A DNA stretch of 63,976 nucleotides, the filler included, from Octopus bimaculoides (lineage: Eukaryota): assembly GCF_001194135.2 (NCBI RefSeq). It is 6 parts of 5 records of this genome, joined end to end, with 100 filler letters (N's around TTAATTAATTAA, not from the genome) between each part and the next. Parts side by side here need not be neighbours in the genome. Positions count along the whole stretch, not along the records: positions 25,932 to 42,865 come from NC_068996.1; positions 42,966 to 54,269 come from NC_068981.1; 4 more parts are not named here. The stretch is one strand, 5' to 3'. The notes beneath the pieces are model-generated. The model had not been told where the DNA came from. It searched no databases and saw only the letters and a program-made list of their open reading frames with translations. This document shows positions 37,100 to 50,733 of this stretch, in pieces. Position 1 is the stretch's first letter. Every line of letters starts with the position of its first letter. The position numbers and the translations under genes were made by a program.

Positions 37100-37560
37100 A
37101 GTTAATTATTATAAAAGGCAGAGGTCTACACGGTACCATCCGCTTTTGCCATTTTCGGAACTTTCACCCACCTTTCAATACATTCACCCGAGGATAACAC
37201 CTCTCTTTCCACTAGAGTTATATCAAAGTGGAATGTCTCTGTCCTTATTCCTCTCTGCCTCGTCCACTAGACAACTTCTTTCGCCACAGTCACCAGGCAA
37301 AGGAAAATTGCCTTGCTTGTTTGATTAAAGGAGAGCGGTGGGGCAATCATCACTATGGACTCGGCTTTGAGGTAACTAGTATTCCCACACACGAAACATT
37401 TGGGTTTTCTTCCCTCTATAATCACCAGCATCTGCTTGCATTCCCCGAAACAGGTAAAAAAATAAATCGGGAATTCCACAAGAATTGTGGTTTCACCCCT
37501 TCAATTTTGCATTGACGAGCTTTACTTTTCAGAGTTTTCATCGAATACACCGTCCACTGG
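37100..37560 (-). mobile_element. Decayed L1/Tx1-type ORF1 fragment
   Basis: MLVIIEGRKPKCFVCGNTSYLK resembles VVVEGRRPRCYLCGSEEHLK of the 28180-29140 element; knuckle is degenerate. Confidence 0.6.
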
Positions 37561-37683
37561 CATAAAATAAAGAGATGGTGCCGTGGTGTTTTATGTTGCC
37601 ATTGTCGTTGCTGCAGTTGTTGTTGTTTTCCATGCAATTTTTATTTTTATTATTACCATTGCTGTTTGGTTTACGCGGTTGCT

Positions 37684-37747
<64 letters not shown>

Positions 37748-38318
37748 CTGCTGCTGTTGTTGTTGTTGTTGATATTGTTGCTGTTATTTCTGTTTCTGCT
37801 GCTGCTGTTGTTGTACACATTGTCATTATTGTTATTGTTATTGTGTTGTCAATGTCATTGCTGTCGCTTGCATTTTTATAGGTGTTGCTGTCGTCATAGC
37901 AACAAGACGAAATTCCATTGCTTTGATTCGATAAATTTATTTCAGCTCCAAGACTAGCCTGTCATTGGCATCATGTTCTGTGGTCGTGGCTACATTGGGT
38001 GTCGAAACTGGGACGACAGAATGCTGGTTATTATTATTATTATTTTGTCGTATTCCGACATTTTTTCTTTTTATAAATTAAGAAGAAAAAAATCGAAATC
38101 TTTGTTTTCTCAAGAAATGCAAAATAAGTATCATTGAGTTACACCCACCAAAACGGGAATGTCATTGAACAGAAATGTTACCACCACGATCTAGACACTG
38201 TTGGAAAAATAGTTACAACAAAATAATTGATTGACCGAGCTTTAACTAACCGAAACAATTGATAAAACTCTTAAAACATAAGGAGCTCCAAATTTCTGTG
38301 ACTTCACAGAATGGCGAC

Positions 38319-38419
<101 letters not shown>

Positions 38420-39185
38420 GAAGGAGGGGGAGGAGGAGGAGGAGGAAGAGGAAGGAGAAGAAGAAGAAGAAAAAGAGGAAGAGGACAGCAGCAACAAGGG
38501 TAGAAAAGTTTCAGTTTTGTTTGCGCCACGCCTGATAATGTGATCGTGAGGATTGAATGAAATGAGAAACCTTCAATGCTTGACACATGGTTTGCTAAAT
38601 CATATGCACATATATGTGTATACATACACGTATATGTATGTGATTATGAGCATACACAAATATGCACAGTTACTAGTAATACGGTAATAACAGTTTTTTT
38701 TTTAAATGCCAAGCAATGCAAATTTTAAACTAAACATATTAACAAAATTGTAGCAGTAACACAAGTTATTCAGATTACTTACAAAAGTATTCGGTCTAAC
38801 ATTGAAACAAGAATAAAAAAAAAGAAAAAGAAAAAATGTGCAACTTCATCAGTTGGTCTAAGGTTTAGGGTTTCATACCAAGAAACGCAATATTATAGCT
38901 TCATTACAAGAAAATAAACTTCAACATTATATTTACAAGAATTAAAATACAGAACAGATTATATATTATATTATATTATATTATATTATATCATATATTA
39001 TATCATATCATATTATATTATATTATATTATATTATATTATATTACATGTGTATGTATGTATGTATGTATGTTATCAATCAGTTTTATTTCTGTATTTTT
39101 TGTCAATAGAGAAAGAGCCGGACTCTAACATAGATTCAAGGCTCCTTCATTGGAACTTTTATCAACATCATCTAGGTATTTGTAC

Positions 39186-39219
<34 letters not shown>

Positions 39220-40659
39220 AGTATTTGGTGTTAGTGTATGCGCAGATTTGTATGTTTGTTTTATGGATGCGTTTTTATGTATATATTTTCATGTCTAGAT
39301 GCATGCATATGTATTTATGTGCTAAATGTTTGGAAAGTTTTACATATCTTTACAGTTCCATTGATGGCTTGAATTTGTAGTCTTCTAATCAGCCTTTTTC
39401 TTTCAGGTGTTGAGAACCCTAATTTTTTTGTATGTATGTATGTATGTATGTATGTATGTATGTATGTATGTATGTATGTTTGCTTGTTTGTTTGTTTGTA
39501 TACATGCGTGCATGCATGTAGCTTCAGGTTTTACACAGTGTCCCTTTCCTAGAAGGATTTTGTAACAACAGCTAGGGATCCCTTACATCCGGTGGTTTTA
39601 TTGTGTGTCCTGTCACCAACCAAAGGTATTATTGCGTCCGCACAGTAAGAGGGATTGCCATCGCATATGTTAATTAAACCATTGTTGGGACCCTGACAGG
39701 GGCTATAATTCCAGATCAGTTTAGACCTGAGAACAATAATGGCTAAGAGGTGGTTCCACACACCTCAAACCATAGAATTCTCAAACCATAGAATTCCTGA
39801 ACAAGGTCTCCACTACCAGATGCAGTGATAATAGGTCATCTCGCTTTCACCTGTCACTGTGTGCTAATCACATACACTCAAAGAATGACACGCATGTTGT
39901 ACGAGGGTACAATCCAATAACGCTATAATCCAATGGCGTACATCTATCTCTTTATAATGACCTCAGTTGTTGTTCCATTTATTGAAAGTCCTATTGCGAT
40001 GCAAGTGTGGTGACGTGTGCAGACCTAACCAGTTGGAAGCACACACTAAGTTACAACTTTCATTTGCCATCTATACTTCAAACCATGCAAATCTGCAACA
40101 CTAGTGGATAGTCATCTGAGATGTCATGGACAGAAAGCCAGAAACGCTATTGACAATAAGGAAGTGACAAGGTAACAGCAGCTATTTGTGAAGATGAAGC
40201 AGCCACCATGTATTTATTTATATTTAGGTCGATGCAATCTCTTGTTATTCTGAAATTTCGCCTGCATTCTCTTATTATCATCATGCGATAATATGCATGA
40301 CAAGCGAAATTCCAGATTAACAACAGACTGACTCGACCAAAACGAAAATATTAATCTTTACTATGGTATTGAGTACGATATCTTCCAAATTTCAAAACTG
40401 AACGGATATATAATTTCAATCTGAAATTTCTAATCCTGAGTCATATTATGACGAAATGATTGTCTTCCCCTGTAATAGCTGTGGCTGCTGGGACAACTGT
40501 GTGTGTGTGTGAGTGTGAGTGTGTGTGGAGGGGATGTGAGGGTAAGCCAAAAATTATACACACGCCTGTGTCTGTAATTCATTAAAGCAAAAGCAAGCGT
40601 TGAAAAATTACGTCATTTTTCGACATATTCGCCTTGCTTTTCCAGCAGTCAACAAGCTC

Positions 40660-40935
40660 GCTTATTTCTTCGGAGAATGTGTTACGTTGGTTGCATCCCG
40701 CGCTTTTTCATCCGTAGCATATCGACGATGTTTGAGTGGTCCAAAGATATAACCAGAAGGGTAGAGATCTGGGCTGTATACAGGGTGGTGTTCCAACAAC
40801 TCGAAGGCCAATTTTCCAATGATTCACCGATGTTGGTAGCTGTATGCAAGTGTGCATTATCGTGCAACAATGATACTTGCTTTGACAATAGATCTCGGCG
40901 TTTGGTGCGAATCGCCGGTTTCTGTTTGTTTGCCA
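40660..40935 (-). mobile_element. mariner transposase C-terminal fragment
   Basis: LLHDNAHLHTA, then in a shifted frame LEHHPVYSPDLYPSGYIFGPLK (consensus HDNARPH ... HPPYSPDLAPSDY.LF..LK). Confidence 0.8.
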
Positions 40936-41641
40936 GCATTTCACTGTCCCTACACTGGTAATAGTGGTGGTGATGATGGTGATTATGGTGGAGGTTATGG
41001 TAGAGGTTATGTTGGTGGTAGCGGTGATGATTCTGGTGATGTGGTGGAGGTTGTTGTTATGATGTTGTTGGTTCCTTATACTTTACTTCAAAGCTCTGCT
41101 CTTGTCGCATATTTCTGTTGAATGAGTCAATAAGGGAACCGCTAACGTGGTCGCATGATCTCCTAGAAAGAGTAGCCCAAATCTCCAACCTCTCATGTCG
41201 CAACGTCTCAAAAAGAGACACGCGGAATAGTGTGGTCACAGATTCATTGAATATTGGGTAAACCAAACGGGATGGTCACGAATGGAATAGTTTTGATCAA
41301 AGATGTGCTTGACCAAAGTTAACCTGGTGCTAAACAACAACAGCAGCAACAACAACTACAACAATAGCAACATCAAGAACTACTACTTCTGTAAACTGAT
41401 TCCACTAGGGAATAAAGTTTCCACGAAGGGAATTCCAGAAATCTGTCTTCCTGGAAATCAGCAGTGCAGGATACAATGGAAGAAGATTTAATCTTCATGT
41501 CGTAATTGACATCGATCTAGTTTTGTCTCCAGTAATATATGTTTATTGTTTTTCGTTCTACGAGAGGAAATTATTCTTCATTTCTTGAAAATGGAAAGCT
41601 AAGATTGGTTTGTATTGCTCATCGGAGGTTGTAATGTAGAC

Positions 41642-41710
<69 letters not shown>

Positions 41711-41796
41711 GCAGACAAATAGATAGACAAACAGACAGACAGGCAGACAGGCAGACAGGCAGACAGACAGATTAGTGACAGACATAAATACATACA

Positions 41797-42195
41797 GGCG
41801 CAGGAGTGGCTGTGTGGTAAGTAGCTTGCTTACAAACCAAATGGTTCCGGGTTCAGTCCCACTGCGTTGCACCTTGGACAAGTGTCTTCTACTATAGCCT
41901 CGGGCCGACCAAAGCCTTGTGAGTGGATTTGGTAGACGGAAACTGAAAGAAGCCCGTCGTATATATGTATATATATATGTATGTGTGTTTGTGTGTCTGT
42001 GTTTGCCTCCAACATCGCTTGAAAACCGATGCTGGTGTGTTTAAGTCCCCGTAACTTAGCGTTTCAGCAAAAAGAGACCGATAGAATAAGTACTAGGCTT
42101 ACAAAGAATGAGTCTTGGGGTCGATTTTCTTGACTAAAGGCGGTGCTCCAGCATGGCCGCAGTCAAATGACTGAAACAAGTAAAAGAGTAAAAGA
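41797..42195 (+). mobile_element. tRNA-derived SINE, full-length reference copy
   Basis: Pol III A-box-like TGGCTGTGTGG (41807-41817), B-box-like GGTTCAGTCCC (41850-41860), internal TA/GT microsatellite, tail (AAAAGAGT)n. Confidence 0.9.
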
Positions 42196-42387
42196 GTATA
42201 CAAACCTACATACACACAAACATACATGCATACATACATACATACATACATACACAGACAGGATGATATGTGGAGGGATGGATGGATGGATGGACGGACA
42301 GACGGACGGACAAATAGATAATAGATAGGGAGAGAGAGATAGTGAATGAGTGAGTGAGTGAGTGTGTGAAAGAGAGGATGTATGTAG

Positions 42388-42420
<33 letters not shown>

Positions 42421-42421
42421 G

Positions 42422-42456
<35 letters not shown>

Positions 42457-42461
42457 GGAGA

Positions 42462-42513
<52 letters not shown>

Positions 42514-43100
42514 GACGAATTTGGGTCTCGTAGAAGATTACTATCTGTTAACAACCGAAGATTGTTAACAGTTCTGGCCCTGTAGACAGAACACCAAAGA
42601 CATTATTGTGTCATATTGTGCTACATTATCTATCATGTTCTTTCCCTATTTAAAATGTGAGGTAGCATTTGAGGCAGAGTTGGCTGCTATTTCAATGTAT
42701 CGAGGGACCTTATACAAGCTTTCTAGATGACTAAAGCTGAAAATGTTTCTAGCCCCGAAGAAACAGATTAGATCATTAAAAAAAATATCTACAAATGAAT
42801 TTAATTACATTATCCAACAAGAGTATGGTGTATTTTATAACACAACTGGTTGTTTCATGTCGGTGNNNNNNNNNNNNNNNNNNNNNNNNNNNNNNNNNNN
42901 NNNNNNNNNTTAATTAATTAANNNNNNNNNNNNNNNNNNNNNNNNNNNNNNNNNNNNNNNNNNNNATCTAACAGCTTGATGCCTCTGTAATTATTTGTAT
43001 CTAAAGCGTCACCTTTACCTTTGTAGCAGTTGACTATGATGCTGCTACACCAGTCATTGGGTATGACTCCTTCGTGTATCACCTGGTTCGTAATACGGGT

Positions 43101-43134
<34 letters not shown>

Positions 43135-43300
43135 GAACCAGATGGCTACACCAGGCTCCAATCTGATTTGGCAGAGATTCAGCTGTAGAAAGTCTGCGAA
43201 ATCAGATTGGAGTCTAGTGTAGCCATCTGGTTCACCAGTCCTCAGTCAAATTGTCCAACCCATGCTAGCATGGAAAGCGGACGTTAAATGATGATGATGT
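43135..43300 (+). mobile_element. RTE-clade 3' end with a fold-back inverted 5' segment
   Basis: 43179-43300 is the sense RTE tail ending GGACGTTAAATGATGATGATG; 43135-43175 is an inverted copy of 43193-43233. Confidence 0.85.
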
Positions 43301-43719
43301 ATATATATTTTTCATTCTCTATTTTCTCTTATACCTTTCTGTTGAAGAGCGTAGGCTTGAAACATAAGAGACTTTTTCACTTTCCCAAGCATCTAATTAA
43401 TACACCTGCTTGTTGTTCATACACCTGTCTTCATCTTTTGTCTTTCTATAAATTTCAACTCTGTGTATATATTTATGTATATATTTATGTGTATATATTT
43501 ATGTGTATATATTTATGTGTGTGTGTGTCTTTGTCTCTGCATTTGTCATCACTGGTTGACAACTGGTGTTGGTGTGTTTATGTGCTCGTAACTTAGTAGT
43601 TCAGCAAAGAGACTGATAGAGCATGGTTGCTGTCAAATGACTGAAACAAGTAAAAGAATAAAAGAATTTCAAAAATGATATAAAAAAATATATTACTGTC
43701 TTTTTTTTTTTAATTGTAT

Positions 43720-44150
43720 CTCATGTCTTTCACTTGTTTCAGCCATTTGACTGTGGTCATGCTGGAGCACTTCCTTGAAGGGTTTTAGTTGAATAAATCA
43801 ACCTCAATGCTTATTTTTTGAGTCTGGTACTTATTCTGTCAGTCTCATTTGCTGAATTACTAAGTTACAAGAACATTAACAAACCAATACCAGTTGTCAA
43901 GCGGTGGTTGTCACTGGTTATTAAGTGGTAGTAGGTAGGAACAAATACCAGCACAAAGATACACACATATACTTATACACATATATGATGCGCTTCCTCT
44001 CAGTTTCTGTCTACTAAATTCACTCACAAAACTTTCGTTGGCCCAGGGTTATAGTAGAAGATACTTAATCAAGGTGCTGCACAATGGGACTGAACTCAAA
44101 ACCATATGGTTGCCAAATGAGTTTCTTAAACACACTGCCATGCCTGTACC
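43720..44150 (-). mobile_element. tRNA-derived SINE, diverged, tail-to-tail with a partial + copy at about 43500-43660
   Basis: Colinear with the reverse complement of 41797-42195. Confidence 0.75.
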
Positions 44151-44673
44151 TGTGCACATAATTAACAAAATTATGAATAAACCATTTTCTGTGGGGAAGA
44201 GGTGAACCAGGAATACAGTGTCAGTGACGTCAATGGCTGAGGGGCCCTACCGGAAGATCAGGAGGGAGGGAGGTCACATGGGCAGAAGTAGGATAAGCAT
44301 GGGCCTCTTTGCTTCGGGGTGGTCATGATGCTCAAGTCTTAGTATAGACTGCTTTCAGCCTAAATATATATATTTTAAAAAATTCATTGTGTTTTTAGAA
44401 TGACCATATGGAGCAGCCAATCAAAGTACATTGTTTGAGAACCACTGGTATGTGCTATAGCAGAAGCCATATTAACATTTTCATAAACATTTTTGCATCC
44501 ATATTTCTTTGAAGAAAACTTGATAAAATAGGAAACAGTAATAGTATACTGAAATTCAAATGACTCTATATATCACCTCTCTCTCTCTCACACACAAAAA
44601 TATATTTTGGTTTTGTACTTCCATTCATTTCAATCATTGTTATATTTTTGCTATATTTCTTGTTTTTTTGTAG

Positions 44674-44716
44674 GCTTGCTAAGAAAGGTCTTGCTTTTGG
44701 AGGTTCTGATGGTGGA
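44674..44716 (+). CDS. OGFOD3: 2-oxoglutarate and iron-dependent oxygenase domain-containing protein 3, internal exon
   Basis: TTTTTTGTAG acceptor, GTAAGT donor, 43 nt, (x)LAKKGLAFGGSDGG; recalled human 'VAEKGLSLGGSDGG'. Confidence 0.88.
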
Positions 44717-44897
44717 GTAAGTATGTTTATACGTTATAATGTTGGTAATACAGGTGTGTGCATGAGAGAAAGAGTGGGGTGTTATCATATTTAATTGATT
44801 TTAAGATGCACTTTTTCCCTGCAAAAGAACAGAAAATCATCTTGCAACTTATATATACATATATATATATATATATAACGTGAGAGAGTTAGGGGTA

Positions 44898-45116
44898 TGT
44901 ATCATTATCGTAGTTTAATGTCCGCTTTCCATGCTGGCATGGGTTGGACAGTTTGGCTGAGGGCTTGCAAGCCAGAAGGCTGCACCAGGCTTCAATCTGA
45001 TCTGGCAAAGTTTCTACAGCTGGATGCCCTTCCTAATGCCAACCACTCTGAGAGTGTAGTGGGTGTTTTTTATGTACCACTGGCACTGGAGCCAGTCAGG
45101 CAGCACTGGCAATGAC
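44898..45116 (-). mobile_element. RTE-clade LINE 3' terminus
   Basis: TCATTATCGTAGTTTAATGTCCGCTTTCCATGCTGGCATGGG... Further short copies at 46810-46938 (-) and about 51215-51425 (+, variant). Confidence 0.8.
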
Positions 45117-45474
45117 CAACAGACTATTCATTCAAATGACACTCAGCTACAGAAACAATTGCATGTCAAGAACAGCTGCACTACCTCCGTCCCTCTTGTT
45201 GCACATTACACACATTATGACAGCATCCAATGAGTTCTTTGCACTGTGGGTCTGCAAGCTATTTCATCCTGCCCTGTTGATGCCATGGGTATAGCAGTCC
45301 AAGGATTTGAAATCAGAAGAGCTAGGGTTGACACAGGCTGTTGGTGGAGTGGGATGAGGCACGTGATCACTTGGTTATCTTGGGTCTTGTCGGATATAAA
45401 CTGATCTCTCCTCATTGTATTTGATGTTTTCCTGCATCACATGTCTGAGAGTGGACTTCTCTAACTTTAGCTGT

Positions 45475-45892
45475 TCTCTTTTACTCTTTTACTTGTTTCA
45501 GTCATTTGACTGTGACCATGCTGGAGCACCGCCTTTAGTCGAGCAAATTGACCCCAGGACCTATTCTTTGGAAGCCTAGTACTTATTCTATTGGTCTCTT
45601 TTGACGAACTGCTAAGTTATGGGGACATAAACACACCACCATCAGTTGTCAAGCGATGTTGGGGGGGGGGACAAACACCGACACACAAACATATACACAC
45701 ACATACATATACATATATATACATAGATACGACGGGCTTCTTTCAGTTTCCGTCTACCAAATCCACTCACAAGGCTTTGGTCGGCCTGAGGCTATAGTAG
45801 AAGACACTTGCCCAAGGTGCTGCACGGTGGGACTGAACCCGGAACCATGTGGTTCGTAAGCAAGCTATTTACCACACAGCCACTCCTACGCT
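45475..45892 (-). mobile_element. tRNA-derived SINE, full length
   Basis: Reverse complement of 41797-42195. Confidence 0.9.
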
Positions 45893-48027
45893 TGTGATAG
45901 TCCTCATCAGTTGACTGATTTTATCACAGGCCTACTAGACGAGCAAGACTGTCTTGTTGATGCTTGACTCTGAGGATGCATTTCCTCTAGGCCACAGATG
46001 ACACGTCCTTACTAAAAACTTCTAGCTCTTTCCTAACACTGAACACAAAGGAATTGATTCAAGAAGCTGGCAATCTCCAAATTGATGTGGTTGGTAGATA
46101 GATAGATCCATGGGCACCACATGCATTTTCATTTCCTGATTCCAGATTGAATCTGCCTTGTTGATGCTGTTGATATGTCAGAAAGGGAAATCAAAAAGTT
46201 AAATTTTGGTGCATGTCCTGTAACATTATCTTAATGTTATCTTAAGATAACATTACAGGTTATCTTAAGTCATCAAGCTGACAGAATCATCATCACAGTG
46301 GATAAAATGCTTTGAAGCCTTTCTTCCAGCTCCTTATGTTCTGAGTTCAATTGCAGCTGAGGTCAGTATTGCCTTTCACCCATTCCAGGTCAATAAAATA
46401 AGCACTAGTTGAGCACTGGGGTTGGTGCAATTGAATTCCCCCTCCTCTTAAAATTGCTAGCCTTGTGCCAAAATTAGAAAGAATTATTTTATGCTACATC
46501 CTGTTTATTGCTTGTTAAAGTTGTCGTCCACAGAAACTTGCTGCAACTTGTATAAAAGGAGACCGAATAAGTAATTACTCATTTCTAACTAATTCAGGAA
46601 TTTGGAACTAGGGTACAGTTGATTATATCTACTCCAAGACTTGAATGTTTCTTCTGTTGTCCATCCAGGAAAGCTGGAGAGCAAAATTTACCTGACAGGG
46701 TTTTGAATTCAGAACACTATCTTCAAATCTTAATAATCCTACCTTTAATATTTCCAGGGCTGATAAAACAAAGCATCAGTCAAGTACTAGAGTTGATATA
46801 ATTGATTATACATCATCATCATCATCATTTTACTTCTGCTGGTATGGGTTAGACTGTTTGACTGGAACTGGTAAGCTGGAGAGCTGCACCAGGTTCCAGT
46901 CTGATTTGGCATGGTTTCTTTGGCTGGATGCCCTTCAGAATTTGAAGCCTATGTTAGAAACCACTATTCTTAAAATGTAGCCTACATGTGTTTATAATTA
47001 TACTAGAATTGTGATAGAAAACTAAGTAATTGCAAAAATCTCAACTGTTAATTTGCCAGTAGCTAAAGTTTCAAGGAGTAGAATTCTGTCACCTCTTGTG
47101 CATAGTATCCAGGACCATCATGCTTAAGTTTTTATTGGACAAAGTTTATTTTTTATTGGCACATTGTCAATTTTATTCCTGTATAATTAAAATGGAGACA
47201 AAATTGACAATGTAATTAACAATAACACCTTGTAGCTTTAAAAACCACAGAGTGTTATATGTGGGAAAATTTAGCTGCTATTTCTAGCATGTCAAACTAC
47301 CACAAAGTGGGTTTCTTGTTGACTTGACTGACACACTTAATTCTGACTGGCTGAGTTCATTTATCTGTTTGTCTGTAGTACACAGTATTGCACACAAAGA
47401 GTGATTTAGTTTGATACAACAACACTCTAGAACTGATGAGTGTGTGTTTGTTGGCAGCTTGTAGTGCTGGGCTAAGTTCAATGTCTCTTGCTTGGAGTGG
47501 GGAAAAGAATGTGCCTTCCAGTCGTTCATTACCTGTCTGCTTCATTGTATGGAAAACTGAAGATGGAAGTTGGCCCTTTGGGATCCCTGTGTCTTCTCTA
47601 TGTGGCCTGGAAAGGGATTACAATAACCAGCAACGTTTCATTTCAAATGAAACGTGTTTCTCATTTCTTTGCTGCCTGCCTCCACCCCTTGTCCTTAGAT
47701 TAATTAATAAAGAAAACAGCATAGATTAGTGTACTGGGTGTGACAAAAGACATCAATGATNNNNNNNNNNNNNNNNNNNNNNNNNNNNNNNNNNNNNNNN
47801 NNNNNNNNNNNNNNNNNNNNNNNNNNNNNNNNNNNNNNNNNNNNNNNNNNNNNNNNNNNNNNNNNNNNNNNNNNNNNNNNNNNNNNNNNNNNNNNNNNNN
47901 NNNNNNNNNNNNNNNNNNNNNNNNNNNNNNNNNNNNNNNNNNNNNNNNNNNNNNNNNNNNNNNNNNNNNNNNNNNNNNNNNNNNNNNNNNNNNNNNNNNN
48001 NNNNNNNNNNNNNNNNNNNNNNNNNNN

Positions 48028-48870
48028 GTGAATAAACTGTCATCTAAATTACGCAAAAATTAAAATGACATCAACATCTCATTTTGACAGATATATTTAC
48101 CAAAATTACATAAAAATATCTTGAAATACGAAAGAGTAAATTTATTCAATAAAATCGCCATTGGCTTCAACCATGGCCTCCAGATGACTTCAGAATCTCC
48201 TGCAACTCTTCTGGATGATCTCTTTGTTCAAGTTGGTGAATGCTGCCATAATCCTTGCCTTCAGTTCATCTTTGGTGTTACAAGGAGTTTTGTTGGTTTG
48301 TCACTCAACTGTGCCTCACACATAGTAATCGAGGGGTTGCAGTGTGGGAAGTTAGGTGGCCATATGTTAGGGGTGATGTGGTTGCAGAAATTGTCTGACA
48401 GCCATGACTTGGTTCTCCTGCTATTGTGGCATGATGCAGAGTCCTGTTGCCAGACATAATCTTCTAGCAGCCACCCTCTTGACCCAGGGCAGCACTGCCT
48501 CCTTCAGGCACTTGATGTAAGCCTCTGTGTTGAGTCTGAGGTCATTTGGGAAGATGAATGGAAGCATAACGTTGCCATCACTAGTGATCACTCCAAACAC
48601 TATGATATTGACTGGATGTTTGATTTGTATCACTCCTGGTACATGTCCTCAGATTGCACTGTCCTCAGAATGACACCCAAACACTCTGAAATGTTCATAT
48701 TGGAGCTTCCGGTGTAAATGCCAAGCAGTACAGCATGTTATTTCCAAATTTCTGGCAGAGTAAATTGCGTCATGGTGCTGTTTTTCTCACAGATGGTGCT
48801 GTACTGATCCTACTATACTGTGTAATCAATAAAATAAAAAACAATGTGCATGCATGAAATTAAAGATATA
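48028..48870 (-). mobile_element. Tc1/mariner superfamily, DD37D (maT/Bmmar1-like) transposon, internally deleted
   Basis: HPVNIIVFGVITSDG..MLPFIFP..LRLNTEAYIKCL..VLPW / WQQDSASCHNSRRTKSWLSDNFCNHITPNIWPPNFPHCNP(L)DYY. Restoring one deleted C gives 37 residues between the Asps. Confidence 0.85.
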
Positions 48871-48879
48871 AAATGGTTC

Positions 48880-49344
48880 AGTGTATCATTTTATTGAAAG
48901 TAAAATTATTTTGGTGTCTACATGTGACTCCTCTTTCTTCGTGTGTGTTTAGTAATTGGTCTCTAGACTGTAGCAGTTCCATAAATTCTGTTATACATAA
49001 TAAGCATATTTTATTCCCAATATTATAAGAGTGGCCTCTACCTATTATACTCCAACTAAGGGTGTACTCTCTTTTTCTAGATTTCAATTCCCATATATAT
49101 TTCCTTAAACCTCTGAACTTACTTAAATTAGGATTTTTGAAAGTCTGGTAGTGTTGGGAGATTCTTTTTTTAATTTTATTAGTTGTAGATCTTATGTATA
49201 CCTTATTTATATTATTATTATTATTGTTCTTAGAGATTACTATACATTTATAAATTACATTGTCAATATTACAATTATTAGAGAGCTTACATTTAGTCTT
49301 ATCACGACATGAACATTTATCTGTATGTGGATTACAACTTCCAA

Positions 49345-49345
<1 letters not shown>
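48880..49345 (-). mobile_element. Penelope-like element GIY-YIG endonuclease fragment
   Basis: CSCRDKTKCKLSNNCNIDNVIYKCIV...KVYIRSTTNKIKKRISQHYQTF...LRKYIWELK...WSIIG...CLLCITE...LLN...CRHQN: VIY/YIG core plus Cys/His motifs. Confidence 0.85.
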
Positions 49346-49385
<40 letters not shown>

Positions 49386-49992
49386 TACATACTATATATA
49401 TATGCATACATATATACATACTATATATATATATATGTGTGTGTATAGGTAATAGTAATCGTTTCTTATTAGGAAACAAATTAGTTTTTTACAGGACTGC
49501 AAAGAGAAGTGCTCAAGTTTTTTCATTTCATAGGGTTCACATAATGGGGATACATTGTTCATTATCCTAACTAAGTCTGCTATCAGTATGTTAATTTTCA
49601 TGTTGTGTGACAAGACAGCTCTTGTGAACAAAATATTTTGAAGTTATGGGTTTCATGAAATAGGAGCTGCATTCTATTGTTCACAGTCTCTAACCAGGAA
49701 AATAAAAATAAGAAATAAGTGGAAATTTTACTGGTGAGTGTGTTAAATTATAAGGCACAAAAAGAAAATGACTTTCCCCAGACACAACAGAATAAAAGAA
49801 TAATCTTATATATTAAAAAAGACAAATATAATGTTTATTTTCTTCCTCATAGGTTTGAGTATCATATATTTCAAGAATTCTCGAAGAATGATTCTTTTTT
49901 TATTTATTATTTATCTATTTTTTTCATGAAGAAAGAATCATAATATTGTTTTCCTTATTTATAAAGTCTAAATATTCTTGATTCTTTAACAG

Positions 49993-50057
49993 GCATCCAT
50001 TTTAGATTTACATTCCGGTGCTTTGTCGAAAGGGAATTCATTTGTGGACATTTTTAA
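49993..50057 (+). CDS. OGFOD3: OGFOD3 next internal exon
   Basis: TTCTTTAACAG acceptor, GTAAGC donor, 65 nt, ASILDLHSGALSKGNSFVDIF(K); recalled human 'ASILDLHSGALSVGKHFVNLYR'. Phase 0 start matches the previous exon. Confidence 0.93.
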
Positions 50058-50245
50058 GTAAGCAAGTTTTTCTTTTGTCAAAATATATTGATAATTTCAT
50101 ATCCTCATCTAACTTTCTTTCTTCTTTTCTTCTCTGGCTGTTTATCTATCTATCTCTCTGTCTATCTCTCAATCTATCTTCCTATCTGCCCATCCATCTG
50201 TCTGTTGGTCTTTATTTATTTATTTATTAGACTTATTGCTAAATA

Positions 50246-50640
50246 CGAGGGGGTATTGAAAATGTAATTATGATTTTATTCAACATATTTCCATCTCAGA
50301 TTCACACACTTATTGCTGCAGTCTTTCTGTTTTTCTAAGACTTGTAAAAGAAATCGGAAGATTGTGCTTTCAATCAGGCCTTTTGTGATACACTTAAGAC
50401 CAGGAACTTTTCTTTCAGCATCCCTTCCTATACTTCCTACTGCAGACCATTTTCTTAACCATAAAATATGAGTGAACTCTTTCATCGCTCAGAGAAAATC
50501 AGGATTGCAAGAGTCTCATAAATTTTACTTTCTTCTCACGCTGTATCTTACTGTTCCTTGTTTTCACTGCTATACAGCTAAACATCTCTTGCATACATCT
50601 CCTAAGTTCTTGAATTCAAACCTGTTGCTGTCCTATAATC
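50246..50640 (-). mobile_element. mariner-derived element 3' end
   Basis: Terminus TA-CGAGGGGGTATTGAAAA; minus-strand ...KDCSNKCVNLRWKYVE* resembles the mariner C-terminus 'RW.KCV...G.YVE'. Confidence 0.65.
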
Positions 50641-50733
50641 TTCATCTTACTTAGCAGTCAGAAATAGCTACTAGGCTTCCTGAGAACATTTTTTAAAGCC
50701 AATTAGTTGTCTTATTCAGAAGATTTATCTTAA

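Noticed and set aside
41797-41870. tRNA gene
   Set aside because: A/B boxes are present but there is no full cloverleaf, and it is fused to a multi-copy 400-bp body; it is a SINE head.
43027-43060. Candidate OGFOD3 exon VDYDAATPVIG
   Set aside because: Splice sites and phase would allow joining to 44674 and DYD resembles human EDYD. However, the expected preceding exon (CTP.KCGR...) is not matched, and better similarity would need a frameshift. Left unresolved.
46534-46570. Candidate exon KLAATCIKGDRI
   Set aside because: The OGFOD3 exons on either side already join seamlessly (GGSDGG|ASILDL); this 37-nt piece would shift the frame and has no homology.
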